A stretch of 29,153 bases of DNA from a virus (Duplodnaviria; Caudoviricetes), in the IMG/VR virus record IMGVR_UViG_3300011334_000219, positions 1 to 29,153 of that record, one strand, 5' to 3'. Under the pieces are notes generated by a model. It saw only the letters and a list, made by a program, of their open reading frames with translations, was not told the DNA's origin and did no database searches. Below are positions 1 through 8,448 of this stretch, piece after piece. The position numbers and the translations under genes are program-made. The stretch's first letter is position 1. Each line of letters opens with the position of its first letter.

Positions 1-2
1 AG

Positions 3-164
3 AAGACAAACAACATTGTCGCGTTTCTTGAAGGTCAGGTAGACGAACTTGAGGAAATGCGGTATAAAGTCGTTGATAAGGATTGCACTCCAATCCAAAA
101 CATTATCGACGAGATTTTTGGGTTGTATTACTCAACCTTGTACAAACTTAAATTTCTCGCATAA
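3..164 (+). CDS. 3' end of a phage ferritin/Dps-like (DUF5856-like) protein, 5'-truncated by the window
   Basis: Hand translation KTNNIVAFLEGQVDELEEMRYKVVDKDCTPIQNIIDEIFGLYYSTLYKLKFLA*; the ending QNIIDEI..LY.STLYKLKFL resembles phage Dps-like four-helix proteins. Confidence 0.65.
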   Translation, partial: KTNNIVAFLEGQVDELEEMRYKVVDKDCTPIQNIIDEIFGLYYSTLYKLKFLA

Positions 165-175
165 GGACGCGACAT

Positions 176-490
176 ATGGAACTTTTACGCCCTCTTAGTG
201 ACCCTGCTTTTGGTACGCAAAGCGTAGCATACACCGGAACCGCTGGTTCTGTAACTGGCTGGCCCGCTGGCCCACAAGGTGTGCTGGTGTGGTCTACATC
301 TGACGCGTATATTGCGGTTGGAGACAGCGTTACAGCCACAACAGCAGCAACACCGCTGCCTGCTAATACACCTGTACCTATTTTCGTACCGCAGCCCAGC
401 GGCGGCGCTACGGGCGGTGCGTGGCGCGTCAGCGCGATCCAGATCAGTGCTGGCGGCACTTTGTACGCAAAGCCGATTAACATCAGATGA
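176..490 (+). CDS. Hypothetical virion-associated protein (104 aa, beta-rich)
   Basis: AAGGA RBS upstream; ATGA overlap with next gene; lies in the structural operon. Confidence 0.7.
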   Translation: MELLRPLSDPAFGTQSVAYTGTAGSVTGWPAGPQGVLVWSTSDAYIAVGDSVTATTAATPLPANTPVPIFVPQPSGGATGGAWRVSAIQISAGGTLYAKPINIR

Positions 491-1329
491 GTTTTGGCAT
501 CCCCGTCCGTAATGGTTTAGGTATAGGCTTAAAAGCCTCTACTGCGCTGTCTACGCGCGGCGGGGCCAGCGGTCCACCTCAAGGACAGCAAGCGTTTACC
601 ACGCCGGGGACGTTTAGTTGGGTCGCTCCCGCAGGCGTGACAAGCGTGTGCGTTGTTGCTGTCGGCGGCGGCTCGTATAAAGGCGCCGGCGGATTAGGCT
701 GGAAAAACAACATTGTTGTCATCCCCGGCAATTCCTATTCTGTTAGAGTAGGCACTGCCGCGCCATTTAGCGGCTCCAACGGTCAATCTTCATATTTTAT
801 AAGCGACGCAACAGTCAGCGGCGGCGGCGGCACTTGGAACGGCGGCGGCGGCGGATTTATTGGTACCGGCGGCGGTAACGGCGGCGGCAGTAGCGGCACT
901 CTTGGCGCCGGCGGTGCTGGTGGGTACGCAGGCAACGGCGCGGCGGCGCCCGGTTCGTATAACGCAAATGGTTTGGCCGGCGCCGGCGGCAGCGGCGGCA
1001 GCGGGTCTTTAGTAAGTTCCGCAGGCATTACTTTTTACGGCGGCGGCGGCGGCGGGGTTGGTATTTTGGGCCAAGGGGCCAATGGTGTCGCGGGATTGGT
1101 ATCTGGGCTTAGTGCGGGCGGCGGCGGCGGCGGCAGTGGCGGCGGAACTGGTGACACTGGGAGCAGTTCAGAAACCCCCGGCAACGGCGGCCTTTACGGC
1201 GGGGCAGGCGGCGGCGGGTATAACGATGTCACTGCAGAAGAAACTACTAATTTGGGCGCCCGCGGGGCAGTCCGCATTATTTGGGGCGCAGGGCGCGCAT
1301 TTCCTTCAACTAACACAGGTAACGTCTAA
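487..1329 (+). CDS. Glycine-rich virion/fibre-like protein (280 aa)
   Basis: FTTPGTFSWVAPAGVTSVCVVAVGGG...GARGAVRIIW frame typical of phage glycine-rich domains; many poly-Gly runs. Confidence 0.75.
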   Translation: MSFGIPVRNGLGIGLKASTALSTRGGASGPPQGQQAFTTPGTFSWVAPAGVTSVCVVAVGGGSYKGAGGLGWKNNIVVIPGNSYSVRVGTAAPFSGSNGQSSYFISDATVSGGGGTWNGGGGGFIGTGGGNGGGSSGTLGAGGAGGYAGNGAAAPGSYNANGLAGAGGSGGSGSLVSSAGITFYGGGGGGVGILGQGANGVAGLVSGLSAGGGGGGSGGGTGDTGSSSETPGNGGLYGGAGGGGYNDVTAEETTNLGARGAVRIIWGAGRAFPSTNTGNV

Positions 1330-1353
1330 CAAAGACAAAGAACCTTAATCATA

Positions 1354-1382
1354 TTGTCAACCCACATAATTTACTGTAGTTT
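1354..1382 (+). promoter_or_regulatory. Putative sigma70-type promoter for the scaffold/capsid genes
   Basis: TTGTCA(1354-1359)-17 nt-TAGTTT(1377-1382) in an AT-rich intergenic gap. Confidence 0.45.
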
Positions 1383-1391
1383 GACCATTAA

Positions 1392-1429
1392 CCGTACTGG
1401 TGCGGCACATCAGGAACTCCATAGGAGTT
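1392..1429 (+). promoter_or_regulatory. Structured 5' leader of the scaffold gene, including an SD-sequestering hairpin
   Basis: CTGGTG/CATCAG stem (1397-1413); AACTCC-ATA-GGAGTT hairpin (1415-1429) pairs the GGAG RBS. Confidence 0.5.
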
Positions 1430-1433
1430 AAAC

Positions 1434-2219
1434 ATGGACGAAACAGTCCCCAACGTAGCGGATGCCTCCGCGCCAGAACTCGAAGCCACGGCAGCAATCG
1501 AGCCTGTAGAAAACACGACGCCGGAAACGCCTGCTGAACAGGAAGCAAATAAGTCCTTCACACAAGAAGAACTTGACGCAATTGTCGGCAAGCGCCTCGC
1601 AAGAGAACAGCGCAAATGGGAGCGCGAACAGGCTCAAAGAGCAGAGGAAGTACAGGCCCGCCAACAAGCAGGCTATGATATTACCCCTGATCAATTTGAG
1701 ACTTATGAAGATTACGCAGAGGTTTTGGCCGAACGTAAAGCTGAAGAATTGCTGGCACGGCGAGATACTGCCCGTCAGCAAGCTGAAATGCAGGATGCCT
1801 ACCATGATCTAGAAGAGGCGGCGCGGGACAAATATGATGACTTTGAACAAGTCGCATACAACCCCAACCTTCCGATTACAGATTTCATGGCGCAAAGCAT
1901 CCAAGCGTCAGACGCAGGCCCAGACGTTCTATATTATCTCGGCTCTAATCCGAAAGAAGCTGATCGTATCGCCCGCCTAGCGCCAATTTTGCAGGCAAAA
2001 GAGATTGGAAAACTTGAGGCTTCATTGTCCTCAAATCCGCCGGTTAAAAGAACTTCAAACGCCCCGGCTCCGATTGCGCCTGTCACAGCACGTTCTACTG
2101 GGTCAAACCAGTTTGACACAACTGATCCTCGTTCGACTAAGTCAATGACTACGTCGGAATGGATCGAAGCAGAACGTATGCGGCAGATCAAGAAGTACGA
2201 GGCACAACGCAACAGATAA
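1434..2219 (+). CDS. Capsid scaffolding protein
   Basis: Acidic N-terminus, FTQEELDAIVGKRLARE motif, helical charged body, directly upstream of the coat gene. Confidence 0.85.
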   Translation: MDETVPNVADASAPELEATAAIEPVENTTPETPAEQEANKSFTQEELDAIVGKRLAREQRKWEREQAQRAEEVQARQQAGYDITPDQFETYEDYAEVLAERKAEELLARRDTARQQAEMQDAYHDLEEAARDKYDDFEQVAYNPNLPITDFMAQSIQASDAGPDVLYYLGSNPKEADRIARLAPILQAKEIGKLEASLSSNPPVKRTSNAPAPIAPVTARSTGSNQFDTTDPRSTKSMTTSEWIEAERMRQIKKYEAQRNR

Positions 2220-2234
2220 TTTGGGATTATTACC

Positions 2235-3443
2235 ATGTCTAACTCGATTTTAACAATTGATATGATCACGCGGAAGGCTCTAGAAATTCTAGAGAATAAC
2301 CTTGTGCTGACACGTAACGTAAACCGCCAGTACGACGATAGCTTTGCTGTCGAAGGTGCTAAAATTGGCTCAACCCTGCGTATCCGTCTTCCAGACCGTG
2401 CGCTTGTAACCGACGGCGCAGCCCTTCAGGTACAGGATGACAACGAGCAGTTCACAACACTGCAAGTTTCCACCCAGAAGCACATCGGCGTCAACTTCAC
2501 GACTGCTGAATTGACGATGCAGCTTGACGATTTCGCAGACCGCGTTCTCAAGCCACGTATCTCGCAGCTTGCTGCCAGCATCGACGCTGACGTTGCAAAC
2601 TCGTATCTGACCATCGGTAACACGGTCGGCACGCCCGGCACTACGCCAGCTACTTCGGCTGTTCTTCTTGCTGCACAGCAGAAGCTCAACGAAAACGCTG
2701 CTGTAATGTCGCCACGCTATGCAACTGTTAACCCAGCCGCTAACGCTGGTTTGGTCGAAGGTCTGAAGGGTCTATTCAACCCAACCGACACGATCAGCAA
2801 GCAGTTCAAGAACGGCATGATGGGTACAGGCGTACTTGGCTACGACGAAATCAATATGTCGCAGTCAATCAAGCAGTTCACCACTGGTTCGCGTACTGCA
2901 ACTGGCGGCACGACTTCGGCTGCAATCACTACTGAAGGTGCAACAACCATCGCCATCACCGGCGCTGGTGCATCGGCAACGGTTAAGGCTGGCGACGTTT
3001 TCACTGTAGCTGACTGCTTCCAAGTTAACCCACAGACCCGTGAAAGCACTGGTTCGTTGTTCCAGTTCGTTGCTCTTGCTGATGTCACACTCAGCGGCGC
3101 AGGCGCTGGTAGCGTAACTGTTGCACCGATCTATTCGGCTACGCAGGCACTTGCTACTGTCAACGCGCTGCCCGGCAACTCCAAGGCAATCATCTTTGTT
3201 GGTACGGCTTCTACGCAATACGCGCAGAACCTTGTATACCACAAGGACGCTATCACCTTCGCAACCGCCGATCTTCTGCTCCCACAGGGCGTAGATATGG
3301 CTTCGCGTCAGGTGCATAACGGCATCAGCTTGCGCGTTGTTCGTCAGTACGACATCAACAACGACCGTCTGCCTTGCCGTATTGACGTTCTGTACGGTTA
3401 CAGCACAATCCGTCCACAGATGGCTGTCCGGATGTGGGGTTAA
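2235..3443 (+). CDS. Major capsid protein, P22 coat (gp5)-like
   Basis: 402 aa; MSNSILTIDMITRKALEILENNL start, KIGSTLRIRLP, C-terminal CRIDVLYG motif. Confidence 0.92.
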   Translation: MSNSILTIDMITRKALEILENNLVLTRNVNRQYDDSFAVEGAKIGSTLRIRLPDRALVTDGAALQVQDDNEQFTTLQVSTQKHIGVNFTTAELTMQLDDFADRVLKPRISQLAASIDADVANSYLTIGNTVGTPGTTPATSAVLLAAQQKLNENAAVMSPRYATVNPAANAGLVEGLKGLFNPTDTISKQFKNGMMGTGVLGYDEINMSQSIKQFTTGSRTATGGTTSAAITTEGATTIAITGAGASATVKAGDVFTVADCFQVNPQTRESTGSLFQFVALADVTLSGAGAGSVTVAPIYSATQALATVNALPGNSKAIIFVGTASTQYAQNLVYHKDAITFATADLLLPQGVDMASRQVHNGISLRVVRQYDINNDRLPCRIDVLYGYSTIRPQMAVRMWG

Positions 3444-3452
3444 TTTAATACC

Positions 3453-3484
3453 GGCCCTCGGTTCGCCGGGGGCCAACTATTTTA
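3453..3484 (+). terminator. UUCG-capped hairpin after the coat gene (weak terminator or stabiliser)
   Basis: GGCCCTCGG-TTCG-CCGGGGGCC followed by AACTATTTTT. Confidence 0.6.
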
Positions 3485-3497
3485 AAGGATTTTTATT

Positions 3498-3896
3498 ATG
3501 CCTACTTTACCTAACGGCGCCGGCGGTTATCAACTCGGTGATGGTAACATTACCGAAGTTAACATGACCACGTCAGCCATCCCTACTGCACTTACCGCAG
3601 CCACTACACTAACTGCTGCCAACTTGGCTGGTGGACTTATTGTCTACACTTCTGCAAGTACAGCCAACCTTACGCTTCCAACAGTTGCCCTTGTTAATGC
3701 TGAAATCAGCAGCGCAAAGATCAACTCAGCGTTTGAGTTCTCTTTGGTTACTACCAGCACTGGCGTACCTACTCTTGTAGTAGGCACCGGCTGGACCTTG
3801 GTTGGTTCAGGCGCAGGCGTTGCTTCACTCAGCACACTGTTCCGTGCTGTTAAAACGGGCGAAACAACGTACAACCTGTACCGCATCGCTGGCTAA
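3498..3896 (+). CDS. Putative capsid decoration/minor head protein (132 aa)
   Basis: Thr/Ala-rich small protein right after the coat gene; AAGGA RBS. Confidence 0.7.
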   Translation: MPTLPNGAGGYQLGDGNITEVNMTTSAIPTALTAATTLTAANLAGGLIVYTSASTANLTLPTVALVNAEISSAKINSAFEFSLVTTSTGVPTLVVGTGWTLVGSGAGVASLSTLFRAVKTGETTYNLYRIAG

Positions 3897-3902
3897 TAGG
3901 TT

Positions 3903-3931
3903 TGCCCCGGCTACGGTCGGGGCATCCTTTT
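3903..3931 (+). terminator. cUACGg-capped hairpin (weak terminator or stabiliser)
   Basis: TGCCCCGGC-TACG-GTCGGGGCA followed by TCCTTTT. Confidence 0.55.
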
Positions 3932-3944
3932 CAGGAGAAAATCA

Positions 3945-4358
3945 ATGCCTAACAGCAAATCTATTGGTGTTGCCTTCCTCGACCAAGACATTATTGGCGC
4001 ACAATTTGTCTTGGCTGATGAGCAAATCGGCTACACCGCCGCAGCACAAGGTACAGTCACGCAGTTGACGGATAAATCGACTGCCGTTACGCTGAACAAA
4101 CCCGCTGGCCGCATCACCATGAACGCCGCGTCGTTGGCTACTGCCACTAACGCTACGTTCACGCTGAACAACAGTTTCATTTCTGCAAATGACACTGTTA
4201 TTCTGACTATCTCTGGGGGTCAAGCGACCGCTGGATCATACAACGTGTTTGCAAACAATTTGGGTACTGGCACTGTCAGCATCAGCCTACGCAACATTTC
4301 TGGCGGTTCGCTGTCAGAAGCAGTAGTGATTAACTTTGCACTCATTCACTGTTCATAA
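3945..4358 (+). CDS. Putative head fibre/decoration protein (137 aa)
   Basis: GTVTQLTDKSTAVTLNKPAGRITM motif common in phage structural proteins; AGGAG RBS. Confidence 0.72.
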   Translation: MPNSKSIGVAFLDQDIIGAQFVLADEQIGYTAAAQGTVTQLTDKSTAVTLNKPAGRITMNAASLATATNATFTLNNSFISANDTVILTISGGQATAGSYNVFANNLGTGTVSISLRNISGGSLSEAVVINFALIHCS

Positions 4359-4363
4359 TTAAA

Positions 4364-4400
4364 TTGGACGGCTTTCGGGCCGTCCAAGTTTACATTTTTT
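4364..4400 (+). terminator. UUCG-capped hairpin terminator
   Basis: TTGGACGGCT-TTCG-GGCCGTCCAA followed by GTTTACATTTTTT. Confidence 0.6.
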
Positions 4401-4413
4401 CAGAGGTAAAGCG

Positions 4414-5124
4414 ATGGATACGGCTGGTGAAACAATCAACGGTGCGCTTAGACTGCTAGGTGTTCTGGCAGAAGGCGAAACTCCATCGGCTGAAACGTCG
4501 CAAGACGCCCTGCGCGCTATGGATCAGATGATTGATAGCTGGAACACTGAGCGCCTGTCCGTCTTCTCAACGCAAGACCAAGTCTTTACATGGCCCGCCG
4601 GTATACTTAACCGCACGCTTGGGCCTTCTGGCGACTTCGTCGGCAACCGTCCTATCTTGCTGGATGACGCTACATATTTCAAAGACCCTAGCACTGGCGT
4701 TAGCTACGGCATCAAAATGATCAACCAGCAGCAATATGATGGCATCGCGGTCAAGACCGTGTCCTCTACGTTCCCGCAGGTTCTCTTTGTCAACATGACA
4801 TATCCCGACATTGATATGTTTATCTACCCGCGCCCAACGCGCGCGCTAGAATGGCATTTCATTTCGGTCGAAGAACTGACGCAGCCTGCGACGCTTGACA
4901 CAAACCTAACATTTCCGCCCGGCTATCTGCGTGCGTTCCGCTATAACCTAGCGTGCGAACTAGCACCTGAGTTTGGCGTCGAGCCATCACCACAGGTTCA
5001 GCGTATTGCTATGACATCCAAGCGCAACCTAAAACGCATCAACAATCCTAACGACATCATGTCGATGCCATACAGCATCATAGCTTCGCGCCAGCGGTAT
5101 AACATTTTCGCAGGAAACTACTAA
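4414..5124 (+). CDS. Head-tail adaptor, P22 gp4-like
   Basis: TAGETINGALRLLGV..EGE N-terminus, YNLACELAPEFG motif; sits before the gp10-like gene. Confidence 0.75.
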   Translation: MDTAGETINGALRLLGVLAEGETPSAETSQDALRAMDQMIDSWNTERLSVFSTQDQVFTWPAGILNRTLGPSGDFVGNRPILLDDATYFKDPSTGVSYGIKMINQQQYDGIAVKTVSSTFPQVLFVNMTYPDIDMFIYPRPTRALEWHFISVEELTQPATLDTNLTFPPGYLRAFRYNLACELAPEFGVEPSPQVQRIAMTSKRNLKRINNPNDIMSMPYSIIASRQRYNIFAGNY

Positions 5125-6656
5125 TGAAGACGCCCATACTGGGCAGCGCGTATGTGGCCCGTTCAGTAAACGCTGCCAACGCACGCATGGTAAACTTGTT
5201 TCCCGAAGCTGTGCCAGAAGGCGGCATAGAGCCGGCGTTTATCCAGCGTTGCCCCGGCTTGCAGCTTCAGCAGACCATAGGCGATGGACCGATCCGCGGA
5301 CTGTGGGCGCACCAAACGCAAGGCGATGACTTTTACGTTGTGTCTGGGTTTGAAGTCTACAAACTGTCCAGCCTGACCGGAACACCTGTCAAGCTGGGCG
5401 ACGTAACCGGCACTGGCCCTGTGTCCATCGCCGACAACGGCAATCAAATATTTTTCGCCTGCAATCCTGACGCGTATATTTACGACGAATCCGCCAACAC
5501 GTTTACGCAAATTACAGACCCAGACTTTCCGGGCGCGGTTACTGTTGGCTATCTGGACGGCTATTTCGTGTTTAACGAACCCAGTAGCCAGAAGATTTGG
5601 GTGACGCAGCTTTACGACGGTTTTAATATTGACCCGCTAGAGTTTGCCAGCGCCGAAGGTAGCCCTGATGGCGTCGTGGGCTTGTTGGTAGACCACCGCG
5701 AATGTTGGGTGTTTGGTACGGACTCCACCGAAGTGTGGTACAACTCTGGCGGGTTAGACTTTCCGCTGTCGCCGATCCAAGGCGCGTTCAACGAAATCGG
5801 TTGCGCGGCGCCGTATTCCATCGCCAAGATGGATAACACTGTGTTCTGGCTGGGCGCTGACGCGCGCGGCCAAGGCGTCATTTACCGTGCGGCTGGCTAT
5901 AACGCGCAGCGCATATCCACGCACGCAATTGAATGGCAAATCCAAAACTACCTAGATATGAGCGATGCTGTAGGCTACACCTACCAGCAGGACGGCCATG
6001 CGTTCTACGTCATTTCGTTTCCGTCTGCGGATGAAACGTGGGTGTACGACGCTGCTACTGGCGCATGGCACCAGCGGTCATCTTACTCTGCCATTGCGCC
6101 GGTTGAAGGCGCGTTTGAAGCCGAATCGTTTTACTCCGGCGCGTTCTACACGGTGCTGCCGCTTACACCTTCTGGCGTCAGCGGTGCGTTCTCACGCCAT
6201 CGCAGCAACTGCCAGTGTAACTTCCAAGGCAACATCATCGTCGGCGACTACGCTAACGGTAACATCTACACGTTTGAACTAAATGTTTTTGCGGACAACA
6301 ATATAGCGCAGCGTTGGTTGCGGTCGTGGCGCGCGCTGCCGACAGGCCAGAACAATCTCAAGCGTACAGCAAACCACAGCTTGCAGCTTGAGTGCGAAAC
6401 AGGCGTTGGCTTGAACGACGGCCAAGGAAGTGATCCGCAAGCCATGCTCCGCTGGTCCGACGATGGCGGCCATACATGGTCCAACGAACATTGGGCGGCT
6501 ATGGGCAAGATAGGTGCAACTGGCACCCGCGTCATATGGCGCCGGCTTGGCATGACGCTGAAGCTGCGCGACCGTGTCTACGAAGTGTCTGGCAGTGATC
6601 CTGTCCGTATTTACCTGACCGGCGCTGAACTGCAACTGAGCGGCACAAATGCCTAA
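5124..6656 (+). CDS. Tail hub/DNA stabilisation protein, P22 gp10-like
   Basis: 510 aa; FASAEGSPD, STEVW, LRWSDDGGHTWS and WRRLG motifs. Confidence 0.88.
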   Translation: MKTPILGSAYVARSVNAANARMVNLFPEAVPEGGIEPAFIQRCPGLQLQQTIGDGPIRGLWAHQTQGDDFYVVSGFEVYKLSSLTGTPVKLGDVTGTGPVSIADNGNQIFFACNPDAYIYDESANTFTQITDPDFPGAVTVGYLDGYFVFNEPSSQKIWVTQLYDGFNIDPLEFASAEGSPDGVVGLLVDHRECWVFGTDSTEVWYNSGGLDFPLSPIQGAFNEIGCAAPYSIAKMDNTVFWLGADARGQGVIYRAAGYNAQRISTHAIEWQIQNYLDMSDAVGYTYQQDGHAFYVISFPSADETWVYDAATGAWHQRSSYSAIAPVEGAFEAESFYSGAFYTVLPLTPSGVSGAFSRHRSNCQCNFQGNIIVGDYANGNIYTFELNVFADNNIAQRWLRSWRALPTGQNNLKRTANHSLQLECETGVGLNDGQGSDPQAMLRWSDDGGHTWSNEHWAAMGKIGATGTRVIWRRLGMTLKLRDRVYEVSGSDPVRIYLTGAELQLSGTNA

Positions 6657-7296
6657 CGACTTACTCACCCGTATCCCTGCGTCGCGCGTCCCGATTACGG
6701 ACGTGGCAGACGGTACGGTGACGCGTGAGTGGTACAGGTATTTTTTCAATATATTTACGCAGGCGGGCGGCGGTCAAGCTAACTCGGCTGCAAGTTCGTC
6801 TTCGGGGCAAGATTTGGCCCCGCTGTACACACCGCAACTTGAAGATAACCGGCATGGCGTGTTCTTTGATACAACCACGCAGACTGCTTCCGTCATCAAC
6901 ACAGCGTATCCAATCACGTTTAACACCACAGATATAACTGACGGCGTCTACATCGGCACGCCTACGTCGCGTATTTATGTGGATCGGCTAAACACTTACA
7001 ATTTTCAGTTTTCCGCGCAACTTAACAAAGCATCTGCGGCCAGCAAACACGTTTATATCTGGTACAGGGTCAACGGTGTTAACGCGGCAAACTCTGCGGG
7101 GAAAGTAAATTTATCCGGAAACGACGCGGCAGTTATCGCTGCGTGGAATTATGTGATAAAGCTAAACGCAGGCGATTATTTTGAATTGGTTTGGTCTACT
7201 GATGATACAGGCTGTAAAATTGAAGCGTTTGGGGCCAGCGCACCTGTCCCCGCAATCCCATCCGTCATCCTGACGGTAACTGATAACATTAACTAG
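6649..7296 (+). CDS. Tail-associated protein with a beta-sandwich C-terminal domain (215 aa)
   Basis: VTREWYRYF N-terminal motif; YNFQFSAQL and LNAGDYFELVW suggest a C1q/TNF-like fold; overlaps the gp10-like stop. Confidence 0.6.
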   Translation: MPNDLLTRIPASRVPITDVADGTVTREWYRYFFNIFTQAGGGQANSAASSSSGQDLAPLYTPQLEDNRHGVFFDTTTQTASVINTAYPITFNTTDITDGVYIGTPTSRIYVDRLNTYNFQFSAQLNKASAASKHVYIWYRVNGVNAANSAGKVNLSGNDAAVIAAWNYVIKLNAGDYFELVWSTDDTGCKIEAFGASAPVPAIPSVILTVTDNIN

Positions 7297-7305
7297 GGTT
7301 TAGAT

Positions 7306-8097
7306 ATGACTGTTCTTGCTCAACAACCTAAAGCACAATTCTTCGATGCTAACGGTAGCCCGTTGGTCGGCGGCAAGGTCTATACCTATGCTGCTGGTAC
7401 GACAACACCTTTGCAGACGTACACTGATGCGTCAGGGGTCACACCCAACACTAATCCAGTTATTCTGGATTCCCGCGGCGAATGTAACCTGTGGTTCTCT
7501 ACAGCTACTAGCTACAAGGTAGTCTTGGAAAGCGCGACTGACGTGCTGCAATGGTCCGTCGATAACATTGCGACCTACGGCACCATCACCAGCCAGAACT
7601 CCAACAACGTGGCTATCACCGGCGGTACGATCAGCGGCGTTACAATCACAACATCCACTATTACTGGCGACATATCCGGTAACGCTGGCACAGTGACAAA
7701 CGGCGTCTACCTGACAGCCACCCAGACGCTGACAAACAAGACCATTACAGGTCTGGCTTCGGCATCAACTGTCAATGACAGCCTTGGTACGCCGTACACT
7801 GTTGGCTACCGCAGCGTCCCGCAAAGCCTCAACACTACGGCTGCGGCGTCGGACATCGGAAAGCATCTGTTTGTTTCCGCTACCACCACAGTCCCTTCGG
7901 GCGTGTTTGTGGCCGGTAACGAGTTTCTTGTTGTCAACAGCAGCGCCAGCGCCATTACGCTCACACAAGGCGCTGGAACGACGCTACGGCTTGGCGGTAC
8001 TGCAACCACAGGCAGCCGCACTGTTGCAGCCTACGGCGTCGCTAACGTGCTGTGTACTGGCGCTGAAACCTTCTACGTCACCGGCAACGTAACCTGA
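7306..8097 (+). CDS. Short tail fibre/spike with a P22-tailspike-like head-binding N-terminus (263 aa)
   Basis: QFFDANGSPLVGGKVYTYAAGTTTP...NPVILDSRGE N-terminus; TQTLTNKT fibre motif. Confidence 0.75.
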   Translation: MTVLAQQPKAQFFDANGSPLVGGKVYTYAAGTTTPLQTYTDASGVTPNTNPVILDSRGECNLWFSTATSYKVVLESATDVLQWSVDNIATYGTITSQNSNNVAITGGTISGVTITTSTITGDISGNAGTVTNGVYLTATQTLTNKTITGLASASTVNDSLGTPYTVGYRSVPQSLNTTAAASDIGKHLFVSATTTVPSGVFVAGNEFLVVNSSASAITLTQGAGTTLRLGGTATTGSRTVAAYGVANVLCTGAETFYVTGNVT

Positions 8098-8109
8098 TAG
8101 GACCGGCCC

Positions 8110-8448
8110 ATGCCAATTATCGCAGTAAACATCATCCCTGCCAAGAATATGGAAAACGCGCAGACTACGCAGTATGTGTCGCCAAGCAGTACCACGACTA
8201 TCATTGACAAGTTCACGGCTACCAACTTTAGTAGCGGCATGGTCAACGTAAGCGTCAACTTGGCAGCGGTCAGCGAAGCCACGGGCAACAGCAACCTGAT
8301 CGTCAAGACGCGGACGCTGCAACCCGGCGAGACATACACCTTTCCTGAAATCGTAGGCCACACCCTGCCGTCTGGCGGGTTTGTCTCTACGCTTGCGTCA
8401 GCAGCAGCGGCAGTCAACTTGCGCGCGTCTGGCCGCGAGATCAGCTAA
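8110..8448 (+). CDS. Hypothetical virion protein (112 aa)
   Basis: TIIDKFTATN and PGETYTFPEIVGH motifs; TAATG coupling to next gene. Confidence 0.7.
   Translation: MPIIAVNIIPAKNMENAQTTQYVSPSSTTTIIDKFTATNFSSGMVNVSVNLAAVSEATGNSNLIVKTRTLQPGETYTFPEIVGHTLPSGGFVSTLASAAAAVNLRASGREIS

Noticed and set aside
783-1028. Proline-rich minus-strand ORF
   Set aside because: It is the antisense shadow of GGC glycine codons in the 487-1329 gene
2865-3476. 203-aa minus-strand ORF opposite the coat gene
   Set aside because: No RBS or motif; long antisense ORFs are expected from the coat gene's codon bias
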